Shown: positions 45,992 through 54,991, counted from the first letter of the stretch. The stretch: 64,000 nucleotides of DNA from Chloroflexota bacterium (GCA_013151415.1 JAADII010000116.1:24512-88511); one strand, 5' to 3'. Made by a program: numbers and translations. Notes: generated by a model not told the origin, from the sequence alone.

Positions 45992-47476
45992 ATGGATTTC
46001 ACATCCTTGCCTCTTCTTTCCCTGATCCTTTGGCTGCCTTTGGTGGGTGCGCTGCTGCTGATGTTCCTCTTTTCTGAGCGAAGCATCAAAGTGGCCGCGT
46101 TGCTCATCAGCCTGGCCGATTTCGCGCTTTCGCTGGGCCTGCTGGCCGGTTGGCGAAGCACGGGCGCGATGCAGTTCGAGGAGTTCATGCCCTGGATAAC
46201 GCAGTTGAACATCAACTATCACCTGGGCGTGGACGGCATCAGCCTTTTCCTGGTGCTCCTCACCACTTTGATGGGGCCCATCGTCGTGCTCTTCTCTTGG
46301 AACAACATCCAGGAGAACTTACGCGCGTTTCTGATCTTGCTGCTCGTGCAACAGACGGCCATGTTGGGCGTGTTCATGGCCCTGGATTTGATCCTTTTCT
46401 TCCTCTTCTGGGAGATGAGCATCATCCCCATGTATTTCCTCATCGGCAAGTGGGGCTCGGGACGGCGAGTCTATGCGGCCACCAAGTTCCTGCTCTACAC
46501 GTTGGCCGGCTCCGCCTTCATGCTCATCGCCATCATCGCCTTGTATGTGGTCACAGGCAGTTTCGATTGGGTTGATCTGCGCGGGGCGACGCTCACGCCC
46601 GCGCTGGAATTCTTGGCGTTCTGGGCTTTCGCCATTGCTTTCGCGGTGAAGGTGCCCCTTTTCCCGCTTCACACCTGGTTGCCCGACGCGCACGTGCAAG
46701 CGCCCACCGCGGGTTCGGTCATTCTGGCCGGCATTTTGCTGAAGATGGGCACCTATGGCTTTCTGCGCTTCTCGTTGCCCCTCTTCCCTCAGGCCGCAGT
46801 GACTTACGCGCCCTGGCTGGCCGGCGTCGCCATCATCGGCATCCTTTACGGCGCTCTGACCGCCCTGGTGCAAAAGGACGTGAAATCTCTGGTCGCGTAT
46901 AGCTCCATCGCCCATCTGGGTTTCGTCATGTTGGGCATCGTCACCTTCACCAGCCAGGGGCTATCGGGCGCGGTGTTGCAAAACATCAATCATGGCCTCT
47001 CCACGGGCGCGTTGTTCCTCCTGGTGGGCATGCTCTACGACCGCCGCCACACGCGCATGTTGGCCGATTACGGCGGCTTGTGGAAACAGGCTCCTCTGTT
47101 CAGCGCCATCTTCGTGCTGGTGGCCATGTCTTCCGTAGGCCTGCCAGGCTTGAACGGCTTTGTGGGCGAATTCACCATTCTCGTGGGCGCGTTCCGCGTG
47201 AACATGATCTGGGCCGCGTTGGGCACATTGGGCATCATCTTCGCGGCCTGGTATCTGCTCACGGCCGCGCGCGGGCTGCTGTTTGGCCCTCTGGACGAAA
47301 AGAACAAAGACCTGCCTGACCTGAACCGCCGCGAGTTCTGGCTGCTGGTTCCCATTCTCATTCTTTTCTTCATTATCGGTCTTTTCCCCAACCTCTTCTT
47401 CGACAAAATCAATCCCTCGGTCGAGGCGCTCATGCGCGATGTGGGCCAGGCGGCCATCGTGCGGGTTGTCGATTAA
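45992..47476 (+). CDS. nuoM: NADH-quinone oxidoreductase subunit M (antiporter-like)
   Basis: Start trimmed to MDFTSLPLLSLILWLP (atg at 45992) because the longer ORF begins inside the AT-rich repeat. Conserved WLPDAHVQAPTAGSVILAGILLKMG. Confidence 0.9.
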   Translation: MDFTSLPLLSLILWLPLVGALLLMFLFSERSIKVAALLISLADFALSLGLLAGWRSTGAMQFEEFMPWITQLNINYHLGVDGISLFLVLLTTLMGPIVVLFSWNNIQENLRAFLILLLVQQTAMLGVFMALDLILFFLFWEMSIIPMYFLIGKWGSGRRVYAATKFLLYTLAGSAFMLIAIIALYVVTGSFDWVDLRGATLTPALEFLAFWAFAIAFAVKVPLFPLHTWLPDAHVQAPTAGSVILAGILLKMGTYGFLRFSLPLFPQAAVTYAPWLAGVAIIGILYGALTALVQKDVKSLVAYSSIAHLGFVMLGIVTFTSQGLSGAVLQNINHGLSTGALFLLVGMLYDRRHTRMLADYGGLWKQAPLFSAIFVLVAMSSVGLPGLNGFVGEFTILVGAFRVNMIWAALGTLGIIFAAWYLLTAARGLLFGPLDEKNKDLPDLNRREFWLLVPILILFFIIGLFPNLFFDKINPSVEALMRDVGQAAIVRVVD

Positions 47477-47515
47477 GAGAAACCCCTCTGCTCCGATAGC
47501 GTAGTCGATTTCGAT

Positions 47516-48982
47516 ATGAACCTCTCCTCCCTCAACTGGAACAGCCTACTTCCCGAACTTGTCATCGTCGCGACGTCGCTGATCGTGTTGATCACGGCGG
47601 TGGTGGGCAAAGTGAGCCGCGTGGATCGCATCGCGCGCGGCCATGCGCTGGCCGTGGTCACCCTCATCGGCCTGCTGATTGCAGCCGGGCTCACCATCAT
47701 GCAACTGTCGCAGCCGGCAAGCGATTTCATGGGCATGGTGCAATCGGACGCGCTCAGCCATTATCTCAATCTGGTCATCTTGTTGGCCGCGGCGCTGGCG
47801 GTGTTGCTGGCCTGGGACTATCTGGGACGATTCACCTACAGCTTCAGCGAATTCTATTCCCTCTTGCTCCTGGCCGTGGCCGGGATGATGTTCTTGGGCA
47901 AATCGACCGAGCTGATCACGCTTTTCGTCAGCCTGGAGATTCTCTCCATCTCCCTCTATATCCTCACCGGTTTCAATCGCCACCAGCTGGCCAGCGCCGA
48001 GGCGTCGCTCAAGTATTTTCTGTTGGGCGCGTTTGCATCGGGGTTCATCGTCTATGGCGCGGCTCTGCTCTACGGCGATACGGGGAGCACCTGGTTCTCG
48101 GACATCGCGGCCAACGCGTCGGGCGGCTTCCTCACCCTGGCCGGATTCGCGTTGTTGCTGGTGGGATTCGCGTTCAAGATCGCTGCGGTTCCCTTCCACA
48201 TGTGGACGCCGGACGCGTATCAGGGCGCGCCCACGCCGGTGACGGCCTTCATGTCGGTGGGGACCAAGGCCGCGGCCCTGGTTGCGCTCTTCCGCGTGTT
48301 GCAGAGCGCGGTCAGCGCGCCATACGAAACCTGGGCCTGGGCGCTGGCCATTCTCTCGCTGCTCACCATGACCGTGGGCAATGTGGCCGCGCTGCGTCAG
48401 ACCAGCATCAAGCGTCTGCTGGCCTATAGCTCCATTGCCCAGGCCGGTTATATGCTCATCGGACTGGTCGCGGGCACGGTGCTGGGCCTGCAAGCCATGC
48501 TGTTTTATCTCTTCGCCTACGCGTTCATGAACATCGGCGCGTTTGCGTGCGCGTCCTTGCTGGAAAGCGACGATTGGAGCGAGCTTCAGGACGCAAGCAT
48601 GGCCAACGCCCGCGGCCTTTTCAGCCGTCAGCCCTTGCTTGCCACGGCCCTGGCCATCTTCATGTTTTCCCTGGCCGGCATCCCGCCCCTGGCCGGATTC
48701 TTCGGCAAGCTTTATCTCTTCGACGCGGCCATCGACGCGGGCTGGCTGTGGCTGGCCCTGGTTGCAGTCATCAACAGCGTGATCAGCGCTTATTACTACA
48801 TGCGCGTGGTCGTGGTCATGTTCATGGAAGCGCCCGATGAATCCACCCGCGTGCGTCTACCCATCCCCGATTCGGCCATCCTGGCCATCGTCATCGCGGT
48901 GTTGGGCGCGCTTTTGCTGGGCATCCTGGCCGGACCGAGCTTCGCGTCGTTGGGACAGGCCGTGGTGGCATGGCGGTTTTGA
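47516..48982 (+). CDS. nuoN: NADH-quinone oxidoreductase subunit N (antiporter-like)
   Basis: 14-TM protein with the conserved HMWTPDAYQGAPTPVTAF. Confidence 0.9.
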   Translation: MNLSSLNWNSLLPELVIVATSLIVLITAVVGKVSRVDRIARGHALAVVTLIGLLIAAGLTIMQLSQPASDFMGMVQSDALSHYLNLVILLAAALAVLLAWDYLGRFTYSFSEFYSLLLLAVAGMMFLGKSTELITLFVSLEILSISLYILTGFNRHQLASAEASLKYFLLGAFASGFIVYGAALLYGDTGSTWFSDIAANASGGFLTLAGFALLLVGFAFKIAAVPFHMWTPDAYQGAPTPVTAFMSVGTKAAALVALFRVLQSAVSAPYETWAWALAILSLLTMTVGNVAALRQTSIKRLLAYSSIAQAGYMLIGLVAGTVLGLQAMLFYLFAYAFMNIGAFACASLLESDDWSELQDASMANARGLFSRQPLLATALAIFMFSLAGIPPLAGFFGKLYLFDAAIDAGWLWLALVAVINSVISAYYYMRVVVVMFMEAPDESTRVRLPIPDSAILAIVIAVLGALLLGILAGPSFASLGQAVVAWRF

Positions 48983-49156
48983 GGGTAATCGAAAGTTTTC
49001 GCCTGAGGAAATTGACGCCTTGATAGACTGGCTACGTAAATCGATCGGGGTCGTAATGGAATACGGCTTAAAAGAATAGACATGGCATCGAAACTTCACC
49101 TTACGAAGCGCGCGTAAATCGCCAAGCGTTTCTCGTTCTTGGGTGAATTGTCGCGA

Positions 49157-49217
49157 AGCCCTCGTATGTATGAGGGTTTAAGTCGGCTCAGTTGAGTCGC
49201 ACTTGGCGTGAAGTGCG
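49157..49217 (+). terminator. Two consecutive hairpins downstream of nuoN (CCCTCgta...tatGAGGG then TTTA; CGCACTT-ggcgtg-AAGTGCG). Candidate operon terminator, with no strong U-tract.
   Basis: Inverted repeats read at 49159-49176 and 49198-49217. The second has a perfect 7-bp stem. Confidence 0.3.
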
Positions 49218-49285
49218 ATGCAACTATCACAGACATTCACGCGCCGCCGGCTAAAACGATGGAGTCACGGCGGATTTTGACAAAG

Positions 49286-49315
49286 TTGAGAAGATGGCCA
49301 ATGGCAAGGTATAAT
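49286..49315 (+). promoter_or_regulatory. Candidate promoter of the ATPase/DUF4276 pair (TTGAGA, 18 nt, TATAAT)
   Basis: -10 TATAAT at 49310-49315 and -35-like TTGAGA at 49286-49291. A perfect TTGACA at 49277-49282 is 27 nt away and was not used. Confidence 0.35.
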
Positions 49316-49354
49316 CTTTCCGCATATGCTCCAAATCGAGTATAAACCGAGGCA

Positions 49355-50497
49355 ATGACGCGAGGGTCACTGATGGCATCTCTTCTGTTGGAAAGCATAA
49401 CACTTCAAGGTTACAAATCCATACGCGAGGCCAAGATCGCGTTAGCCCCTATCAACGTGCTCATCGGAGCCAATGGTTCGGGGAAGTCCAATTTCATTAC
49501 CCTTTTCAGGTTCATGAACAGAGTTATGAACCTGGGAATGCAGAAACATGTGGCCCAGGCGGGAGGAGCCGACCAGATACTTCATTACGGTCGCAAGACC
49601 ACAGAACGCCTATACATCGAATTGTGGTTCCGCACAGGCGAGAACACCGCGAATGGTTATGCCTGCTCACTCATCCCGACCGCCGAAGACTTGCTTGTGT
49701 TCGACGAAGAACGCATTTTTTTCCACGATCGCCGGCGTTACGGACGACCATACGAAAGCAAGGCGTCCACCAAAGTGCACGACGAGACGAGGTTGCTCGA
49801 TTGGCACCAGAATAAAGACCAAGTTGCACACTATGTGTTAAGAGCGCTGCGTTCGTGGCAGCTCTACCACTTCCACGACACCAGCGAAACAGCCCGTGTC
49901 AAGCAAACGGGTGACATCCACGACAACCTGTTTCTCCGCCCTGATGCATCGAATCTGGCGGCTTATCTCTTCCTACTGCGTGAGACAGAGCCCGAATACT
50001 ACCATAATATTGTGGAAACTGTTCGGATGGCCGCGCCCTTTTTCGGTGATTTTGTCTTGCGTCCCTCCCCATTCAATCCCGAAAAAATCCGCCTCGAATG
50101 GCAAGAGCGGGGATCAGACATCCTTTTTGGCCCGCACACACTGTCCGATGGAACGCTGCGTTTCATTTGTCTGACGACCCTATTCTTACAGCCACCGGAC
50201 CGCTTGCCGGCAACCATTGTCTTGGACGAACCTGAATTGGGTCTTCATCCATTCGCGATCACGCTCCTGGCCAACATGATTCGAAGCGTTTCCGAACACA
50301 CCCAGGTCATCCTCGCCACACAATCTGTCACCCTGGTGAACCAATTCGCCCCGCAAGACATCCTTGTCGCCGACCGCATCAAAGGGGAATCCATCTTCCG
50401 TCGTTTGTCTGAGGAAGAGATGATCGCCTGGTTGGAAGATTACGGCCTTGGAGATCTATGGGAGAAAAACCTATTGGGAGGACGGCCGGCGTTATGA
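49355..50497 (+). CDS. ABC-type (AAA_21/AAA_15-like) ATPase, first gene of a two-gene putative defence module
   Basis: Walker A GANGSGKSN, signature-like LSDGTLRF, Walker B IVLDEPELGLHP and H-loop ILATQS. The gene is lower-GC than its surroundings. The start could be M1 or M7. Confidence 0.75.
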   Translation: MTRGSLMASLLLESITLQGYKSIREAKIALAPINVLIGANGSGKSNFITLFRFMNRVMNLGMQKHVAQAGGADQILHYGRKTTERLYIELWFRTGENTANGYACSLIPTAEDLLVFDEERIFFHDRRRYGRPYESKASTKVHDETRLLDWHQNKDQVAHYVLRALRSWQLYHFHDTSETARVKQTGDIHDNLFLRPDASNLAAYLFLLRETEPEYYHNIVETVRMAAPFFGDFVLRPSPFNPEKIRLEWQERGSDILFGPHTLSDGTLRFICLTTLFLQPPDRLPATIVLDEPELGLHPFAITLLANMIRSVSEHTQVILATQSVTLVNQFAPQDILVADRIKGESIFRRLSEEEMIAWLEDYGLGDLWEKNLLGGRPAL

Positions 50498-51162
50498 AGA
50501 AGGTGCTGATCTATGTGGAAGGCCAAACAGAGGAGACCTTTGTGCGCGATGTGGTGGGACCCTTCTTGGCGGACAAACATATATATTTGGTTCCTATTCT
50601 GGCTCGAACCAAACGCACCCGATCTGGTCGCGCTTTCAAAGGCGGAATTGTCTCATACAAACAGGTGCGAAGGGATATCATTCGCATATTAAACGACAGC
50701 AGTGCAAGCTTAGTCACTACGATGATTGATTACTACGGACTACCCAACGATTTTCCCGGCAAATCCAACATGCCGTCGGGAACGCCATACCAACGAGTCA
50801 CCCACCTGGAAGACGCTTTTCGGCGCGATATCAGTCATCCCCGGTTTACTCCTTTTCTGACGCTACACGAATTTGAGGCGTTGCTGTTTGCTCAGCCAGA
50901 GGAAATTTTACGCGCCTTTCCCGAAACACCACAAGCAGACCGCCTGATAACCGAACTGTCGAAGGCTTCCCCTGAAGAAATCAACGAAGGGCCGCAGACC
51001 CATCCGGCCGCACGGATCATCCGCTATATCCCGCATTACAGAAAGCCTTTGCACGGTCCGATAATCACGCGTCGAATAGGGCTATCAGTGATTCGTTCCA
51101 AATGCCCGCATTTTGACCAATGGGTGACCTTGTTGGAAACACCCATCAACCGAAAAACTTGA
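50494..51162 (+). CDS. DUF4276-like protein (predicted Toprim/RloB-like nuclease partner of the ABC ATPase)
   Basis: ATGA start/stop overlap with the upstream ATPase (translational coupling). N-terminal MKKVLIYVEGQTEETF is typical of DUF4276 proteins. Length is 222 aa. The family call is from recall of the motif, not from an HMM. Confidence 0.55.
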   Translation: MKKVLIYVEGQTEETFVRDVVGPFLADKHIYLVPILARTKRTRSGRAFKGGIVSYKQVRRDIIRILNDSSASLVTTMIDYYGLPNDFPGKSNMPSGTPYQRVTHLEDAFRRDISHPRFTPFLTLHEFEALLFAQPEEILRAFPETPQADRLITELSKASPEEINEGPQTHPAARIIRYIPHYRKPLHGPIITRRIGLSVIRSKCPHFDQWVTLLETPINRKT

Positions 51163-51185
51163 ACGTGATAGTTTTAGGAGGCGAT

Positions 51186-51500
51186 ATGATTGTTCGCATG
51201 TGGCATGGCCGCGTTCCAACAAGCAAAGCTCAGGAATATCGAGCGTTTCTCAATGCGCGAGCGATACCCGACTATCAATCGGTCGAGGGCAACATCAGCG
51301 TTCACATTCTCGAGCGAACCGAGGGCGAAGTCACCCATTTCATCACCATGACATTCTGGGAAAGCCTGGACGCGATTAAAGCGTTCGCCGGGGAAGACAT
51401 CGAGGCTGCGAAATACTATCCCGAAGACAAAGACTTCCTGCTCGAGTTCGAACCCCGCGTCGTGCATTACGAAGTGGTGGGGCGATCGAAACCAAGCTGA
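51186..51500 (+). CDS. Antibiotic-biosynthesis-monooxygenase (ABM/Dabb)-like small protein
   Basis: About 105 aa with a ferredoxin-like beta-alpha-beta pattern (MIVRMWHGRV...HFITMTFWESLDAIKAF). Start trimmed to the ATG at 51186. Confidence 0.45.
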   Translation: MIVRMWHGRVPTSKAQEYRAFLNARAIPDYQSVEGNISVHILERTEGEVTHFITMTFWESLDAIKAFAGEDIEAAKYYPEDKDFLLEFEPRVVHYEVVGRSKPS

Positions 51501-51511
51501 ACCCTCTTTCC

Positions 51512-52498
51512 ATGGGGACAAAACTTGAAAATTCAGCGCGCCTCTGGTTTAATGATGCACGCGCCCGATCGAGCAAGAGAGATCGGGCCGCGTTGTTTAT
51601 GATCAGAAATCCCTCACGCCACAATACCCTCTTCTTTTTGCTCACATTTATGGTCGCGGCCCTGGCCTTGACATTTGCCGCGCCCATGATTGCGGGGGCA
51701 TATCCGTGTGATATTGATTGGGATATGGGGGAGCGCGGATTCTGTGTGCGTCCGCCCACGCCCGAACCCGGGCCGGGTTGGTTCACTTATACAGTGAAAG
51801 CGGGCGATACGTTGTGGTCGATTGCCGCGCGTTATCAGTTGGATGTGGACACCCTGCGCTATAGCAATCCCGCGCTCATGCGAAACCCCGATCGCCTGGC
51901 CATTGGCGAGCAGGTGCGGATTTTGCCAATTCTGGGCGCGATCCACCGAGTGAAACAAGGCGAGAGCCTGGAAGATATCGCCCAACGTTGGAATGTGACG
52001 CCGGAAGAAATTCGGAACTATCCCGCCAATCGCGCGCGCGTTCGGCGGCTAAAATCCGGGGATGAGCTCGTCATTCCCGGCGGTTATCTGGAATTGAACA
52101 TCCCCCCACCCGCGCCTTCTCCTGGCTCGACCTTCGCCTGGCCCTTGCGTGGATGGATAACCCAAGGGTATTCGGCCAAACATCGCGCTCTGGATATCGC
52201 CACGGCTTATGCCGCGCCCGTGTACGCAGTCGGCGATGGCGTGGTGGCTCGCGCGGGTTGGTTGTTCACTGGCTACGGTTATTCGGTCATTATTAACCAC
52301 GGCAACGGGCTGCAAACGCTTTATTCCCATATGAAGGGCCCGCTTGTGCGCGTGGGCGCACGCGTCAAGCGAGGCCAAATGATCGGCCAGGTGGGTTCGA
52401 CGGGTCGCTCCACCGGGCCGCATGTGCATTTCGAGGTGCGAAAGAATAACGTTCGCGTTGATCCTACCCCCTATCTTCCCCCGCCGCCTCCGCGTTGA
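51512..52498 (+). CDS. Secreted peptidase with two LysM domains and a C-terminal M23 domain
   Basis: LysM1 YTVKAGDTLWSIAARYQLDVDTLRYSNP and LysM2 HRVKQGESLEDIAQRWNVTPEEIRNYP. M23 motifs HRALDIAT...IINHGNGLQTLYSHM...GSTGRSTGPHVHFEV. Confidence 0.8.
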   Translation: MGTKLENSARLWFNDARARSSKRDRAALFMIRNPSRHNTLFFLLTFMVAALALTFAAPMIAGAYPCDIDWDMGERGFCVRPPTPEPGPGWFTYTVKAGDTLWSIAARYQLDVDTLRYSNPALMRNPDRLAIGEQVRILPILGAIHRVKQGESLEDIAQRWNVTPEEIRNYPANRARVRRLKSGDELVIPGGYLELNIPPPAPSPGSTFAWPLRGWITQGYSAKHRALDIATAYAAPVYAVGDGVVARAGWLFTGYGYSVIINHGNGLQTLYSHMKGPLVRVGARVKRGQMIGQVGSTGRSTGPHVHFEVRKNNVRVDPTPYLPPPPPR

Positions 52499-52649
52499 TG
52501 ATGGATCCCCGCTGAAAACGATTTCATTGACATAATGTACAAAATCATATCGGTTTAGCAGGTTTTTGGCCCTGAACTTGGGTGGTTTTTTTACCGGGTG
52601 GTCCTCAGGGTGAAAACGATTTCAGCCCGCGCTTTCAAACGCCGAAGGC

Positions 52650-53207
52650 TTAATCGCCGGACGCAGAATGCGCAGGCGTGGGCGAGGGCGTGGGGGTTTC
52701 GGTTGGCGCAGGAGTTGGGCTGGGCGTGGGCGAAGGCGTGGGCGTTGATGTGGGGGTGGGTGAAGGCGTGGGGGTGTTGGTGGGCGGCGGAAAGAGCAGG
52801 GGCGTGTCGCTTTGCGGTTGCGAGGGCGCCAATGGCTGCACAACGGGAGGGCCGAGAGGGAAATCGCCTCGCCACATAAAGGTGAGCAGCGCGGCCAACA
52901 CCAACACGGCGAAAGCTGGCGCGGCCCACGCCAGGAGACGGTTCAAGCGGCCCCCGCGAGAGGCCGACGCCTGTCGCGCCGCGCTTTCGGCCGCCGCGGT
53001 GAGAAAGGCCGAGCGTCCCGGACGCAATCCATGCGGGGGCGGGGGCGCGTCGGCCAGGCTGTGTTGCACCTGACGAGCGACAAAGATCAGCGCGCGCTCC
53101 TCCGCGGGCAATTGCTGCATTGTCGCGCCGCTCTTGCCCTCGATAAGTTCGTCGATGGCTCGATCGAGCAGCAGGTCTCGGTCGGCTGAAGATGGGCGAA
53201 TGTTCAT
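52650..53207 (-). CDS. Anti-sigma factor (single TM, Pro/Thr-rich extracytoplasmic tail)
   Basis: 4-nt overlap with the upstream ECF sigma gene. TM helix LLAWAAPAFAVLVLAALLTFMW and a PTPSPTPTSTPTPSPTP tail. Confidence 0.55.
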   Translation of the reverse strand: MNIRPSSADRDLLLDRAIDELIEGKSGATMQQLPAEERALIFVARQVQHSLADAPPPPHGLRPGRSAFLTAAAESAARQASASRGGRLNRLLAWAAPAFAVLVLAALLTFMWRGDFPLGPPVVQPLAPSQPQSDTPLLFPPPTNTPTPSPTPTSTPTPSPTPSPTPAPTETPTPSPTPAHSASGD

Positions 53208-53770
53208 TGCACAAGGGTTGGGGAGAGGATTTTGCGCAAATTAGCCAGCCCGCGGCGTTGAAGCGCTCGTACGGCCTCTTCAGTCTTGCCCAAAATCGCG
53301 GCCACTTGAGGCGCGGTCATTCCTTCGCCAAATCGAAGCAAAATAACGTCTCGTTGATCATCGGTCAACTGATCAATGGCCTTTCGTAGCGTCTCGCTCT
53401 GTAGGCGCTGCCCTACAAGATGCTCCGGGTGCGATTCGGGCGGCATGGCGATGCCCTCATGCAGACTGCTGGTGGGGCGCCGTTTGTTGTAACGAGAATC
53501 ATCGACGATGACATTGTACGCAATGCGATAAAGCCAGGATTGAAGCGCATCGCGAGCAAACTTGTCGCGATCCAGCGCTTCCAACATTTTCAAAAAGACG
53601 ACGCCGGTCAGGTCTTCAGCGCGGTGCGAATCGCCAACATGACGATAAATGTAGGCGTAAATCTTATGGGCGTAAGTGTCGTAGATGGTGGCCAATGCTT
53701 GGGGGTCGCGCTGTCTGGCTCGTTCCAGCAAATCCGCCTGATCGACCATGGGCGAGCGTCCTTCGTGCAA
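53204..53770 (-). CDS. ECF-family RNA polymerase sigma-70 factor
   Basis: Region 2 with YRHVGDSHRAEDLTGVVFLKM...WLYRIAYNVIVD and region 4 with LTDDQRDVILLRFGEGMTAPQVAAILGKTEEAVRALQRRGLANLRK. Confidence 0.85.
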   Translation of the reverse strand: MHEGRSPMVDQADLLERARQRDPQALATIYDTYAHKIYAYIYRHVGDSHRAEDLTGVVFLKMLEALDRDKFARDALQSWLYRIAYNVIVDDSRYNKRRPTSSLHEGIAMPPESHPEHLVGQRLQSETLRKAIDQLTDDQRDVILLRFGEGMTAPQVAAILGKTEEAVRALQRRGLANLRKILSPTLVQ

Positions 53771-53865
53771 TAAAAAAAGCGCCGGGCGCCATCAGGCCGC
53801 ATGGTTAGGCTGGCGTGGCCTGCGTCACCTATACTGACGCCGAGCGCTTGAGTTTCGGTATGACT

Positions 53866-54777
53866 TTATAGCCGCCGCGCGCCGCATTGGCGGCAAAATC
53901 GATCCGATTCCGCGAATTTAGCGCCGCATTGGCGGCAAAATCGGTCGCGGCCGGTTGTTTCGGCCCCTTTCGCTTTGCCCTTTTTTCGCGCTCGGACCGC
54001 GGGCGCGACCGTTTCGAACTCATCTTCGCGACCACTTCGCCAGAGCAAGACCAAGCCGCCGATAATGAGAATGACGGCCAATCCTCCCAGCCCCCACACA
54101 ATATAATTGGGCGAGGGGGCGGCGGCCTGCGTTGCGGGAGGTGCGGGTTGCGGCGGCGCGGGGGCGGGCGCAGAGGCTGGGTTTGTCCATGCACCCGTGG
54201 GGTTGTTGTAGGAGATGTTTTGCACCAAATCGCTATTTGCACTGAGCGCGCCCACTTCTCGCACAAAAAGGGGCGCGTTGTCGGGCGCGGCCCCGGCCGA
54301 TTGCAATGGCGGATCACTGCTGATCTCTTCGCTTCCCGGCGGCAATAGCGCTTCGATGATGGCCTGATCGGCCTGCACATAGCCCGCAGGCAGATCAAAA
54401 CGCGCGTCGCGACGCGCGTCCGTCGTCTTCATGGCCGCGTAATACTCTATCCGAAAGCGATCGCCATCGGACAGAAGCGAAATGATCTGAAAACCATTTT
54501 CGCTGCCCGCGATGTTCCATTCGGCATTCAACAACGAGCCGTCCGCGCCTGAGGTGGCCACTGCATTGATTTGTGCATCGGCCGGAATGGGAAAACGAAC
54601 GGTTTGGCCGGCTTGCGGCAATGCGCCGTCGATGATGACCAGAAGACGAGGATCATCATATTCGGGCCACAACGCCACGCGCAGCATTTTGAGCGGCGTG
54701 GCCTCTTGCGCAAACGCGGGGCCAAACGCCAGGAGCGCCACAACGAGTAAGAGGGGGGCGAATCGTTTCATTTTCAT
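53866..54777 (-). CDS. Secreted/membrane protein with a C-terminal TM helix and a duplicated cytoplasmic zinc-ribbon (RFCRQCGA x2)
   Basis: Signal MKMKRFAPLLLVVALLAFGPAFAQ, a late TM helix LGGLAVILIIGGLVLLW, then DRFCRQCGAKFAESDRFCRQCGARRL. The duplication is visible as a 21-bp direct repeat at about 53880-53950. Confidence 0.5.
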   Translation of the reverse strand: MKMKRFAPLLLVVALLAFGPAFAQEATPLKMLRVALWPEYDDPRLLVIIDGALPQAGQTVRFPIPADAQINAVATSGADGSLLNAEWNIAGSENGFQIISLLSDGDRFRIEYYAAMKTTDARRDARFDLPAGYVQADQAIIEALLPPGSEEISSDPPLQSAGAAPDNAPLFVREVGALSANSDLVQNISYNNPTGAWTNPASAPAPAPPQPAPPATQAAAPSPNYIVWGLGGLAVILIIGGLVLLWRSGREDEFETVAPAVRARKKGKAKGAETTGRDRFCRQCGAKFAESDRFCRQCGARRL

Positions 54778-54920
54778 GCGATGTTATTTTTCAATCAGAG
54801 GTTTGGGTTCCGAAATCCGAGATCGAAAATCGGAACAAGGGATCGATGCGTTTGACGCCCGGTAGTATAGCATGGAAGGGGATTTTGGGGAACCGGTGAA
54901 AGTAAGCGTTTTTTGACCAT

Positions 54921-54991
54921 AAAAAAAGACGATAGGACGTGGAACGATGGGCTTTCGTTCGAGAATCGCCCCCGTCCCGACCTATCGTCTT
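54921..54991 (-). terminator. Intrinsic terminator of the nrdR-nrdJ operon (11-bp stem AAGACGATAGG / CCTATCGTCTT with a structured loop, followed by a U7 tract on the minus strand)
   Basis: Plus strand: aaaaaaa (54921-54927), gacgatagg ... cctatcgtctt (to 54991). On the minus strand the stem is followed by TTTTTTT. Confidence 0.55.

Noticed and set aside
49277-49315. Perfect TTGACA paired with perfect TATAAT upstream of the ATPase gene
   Set aside because: The spacer is 27 nt, too long for a sigma-70 promoter. TTGAGA with an 18-nt spacer is the more plausible -35.
52598-53189. ORFs on the plus strand opposite the anti-sigma factor (GVGVSVGAGVGLGVGEGVG...)
   Set aside because: They are the antisense of the PTPSPTP tail.
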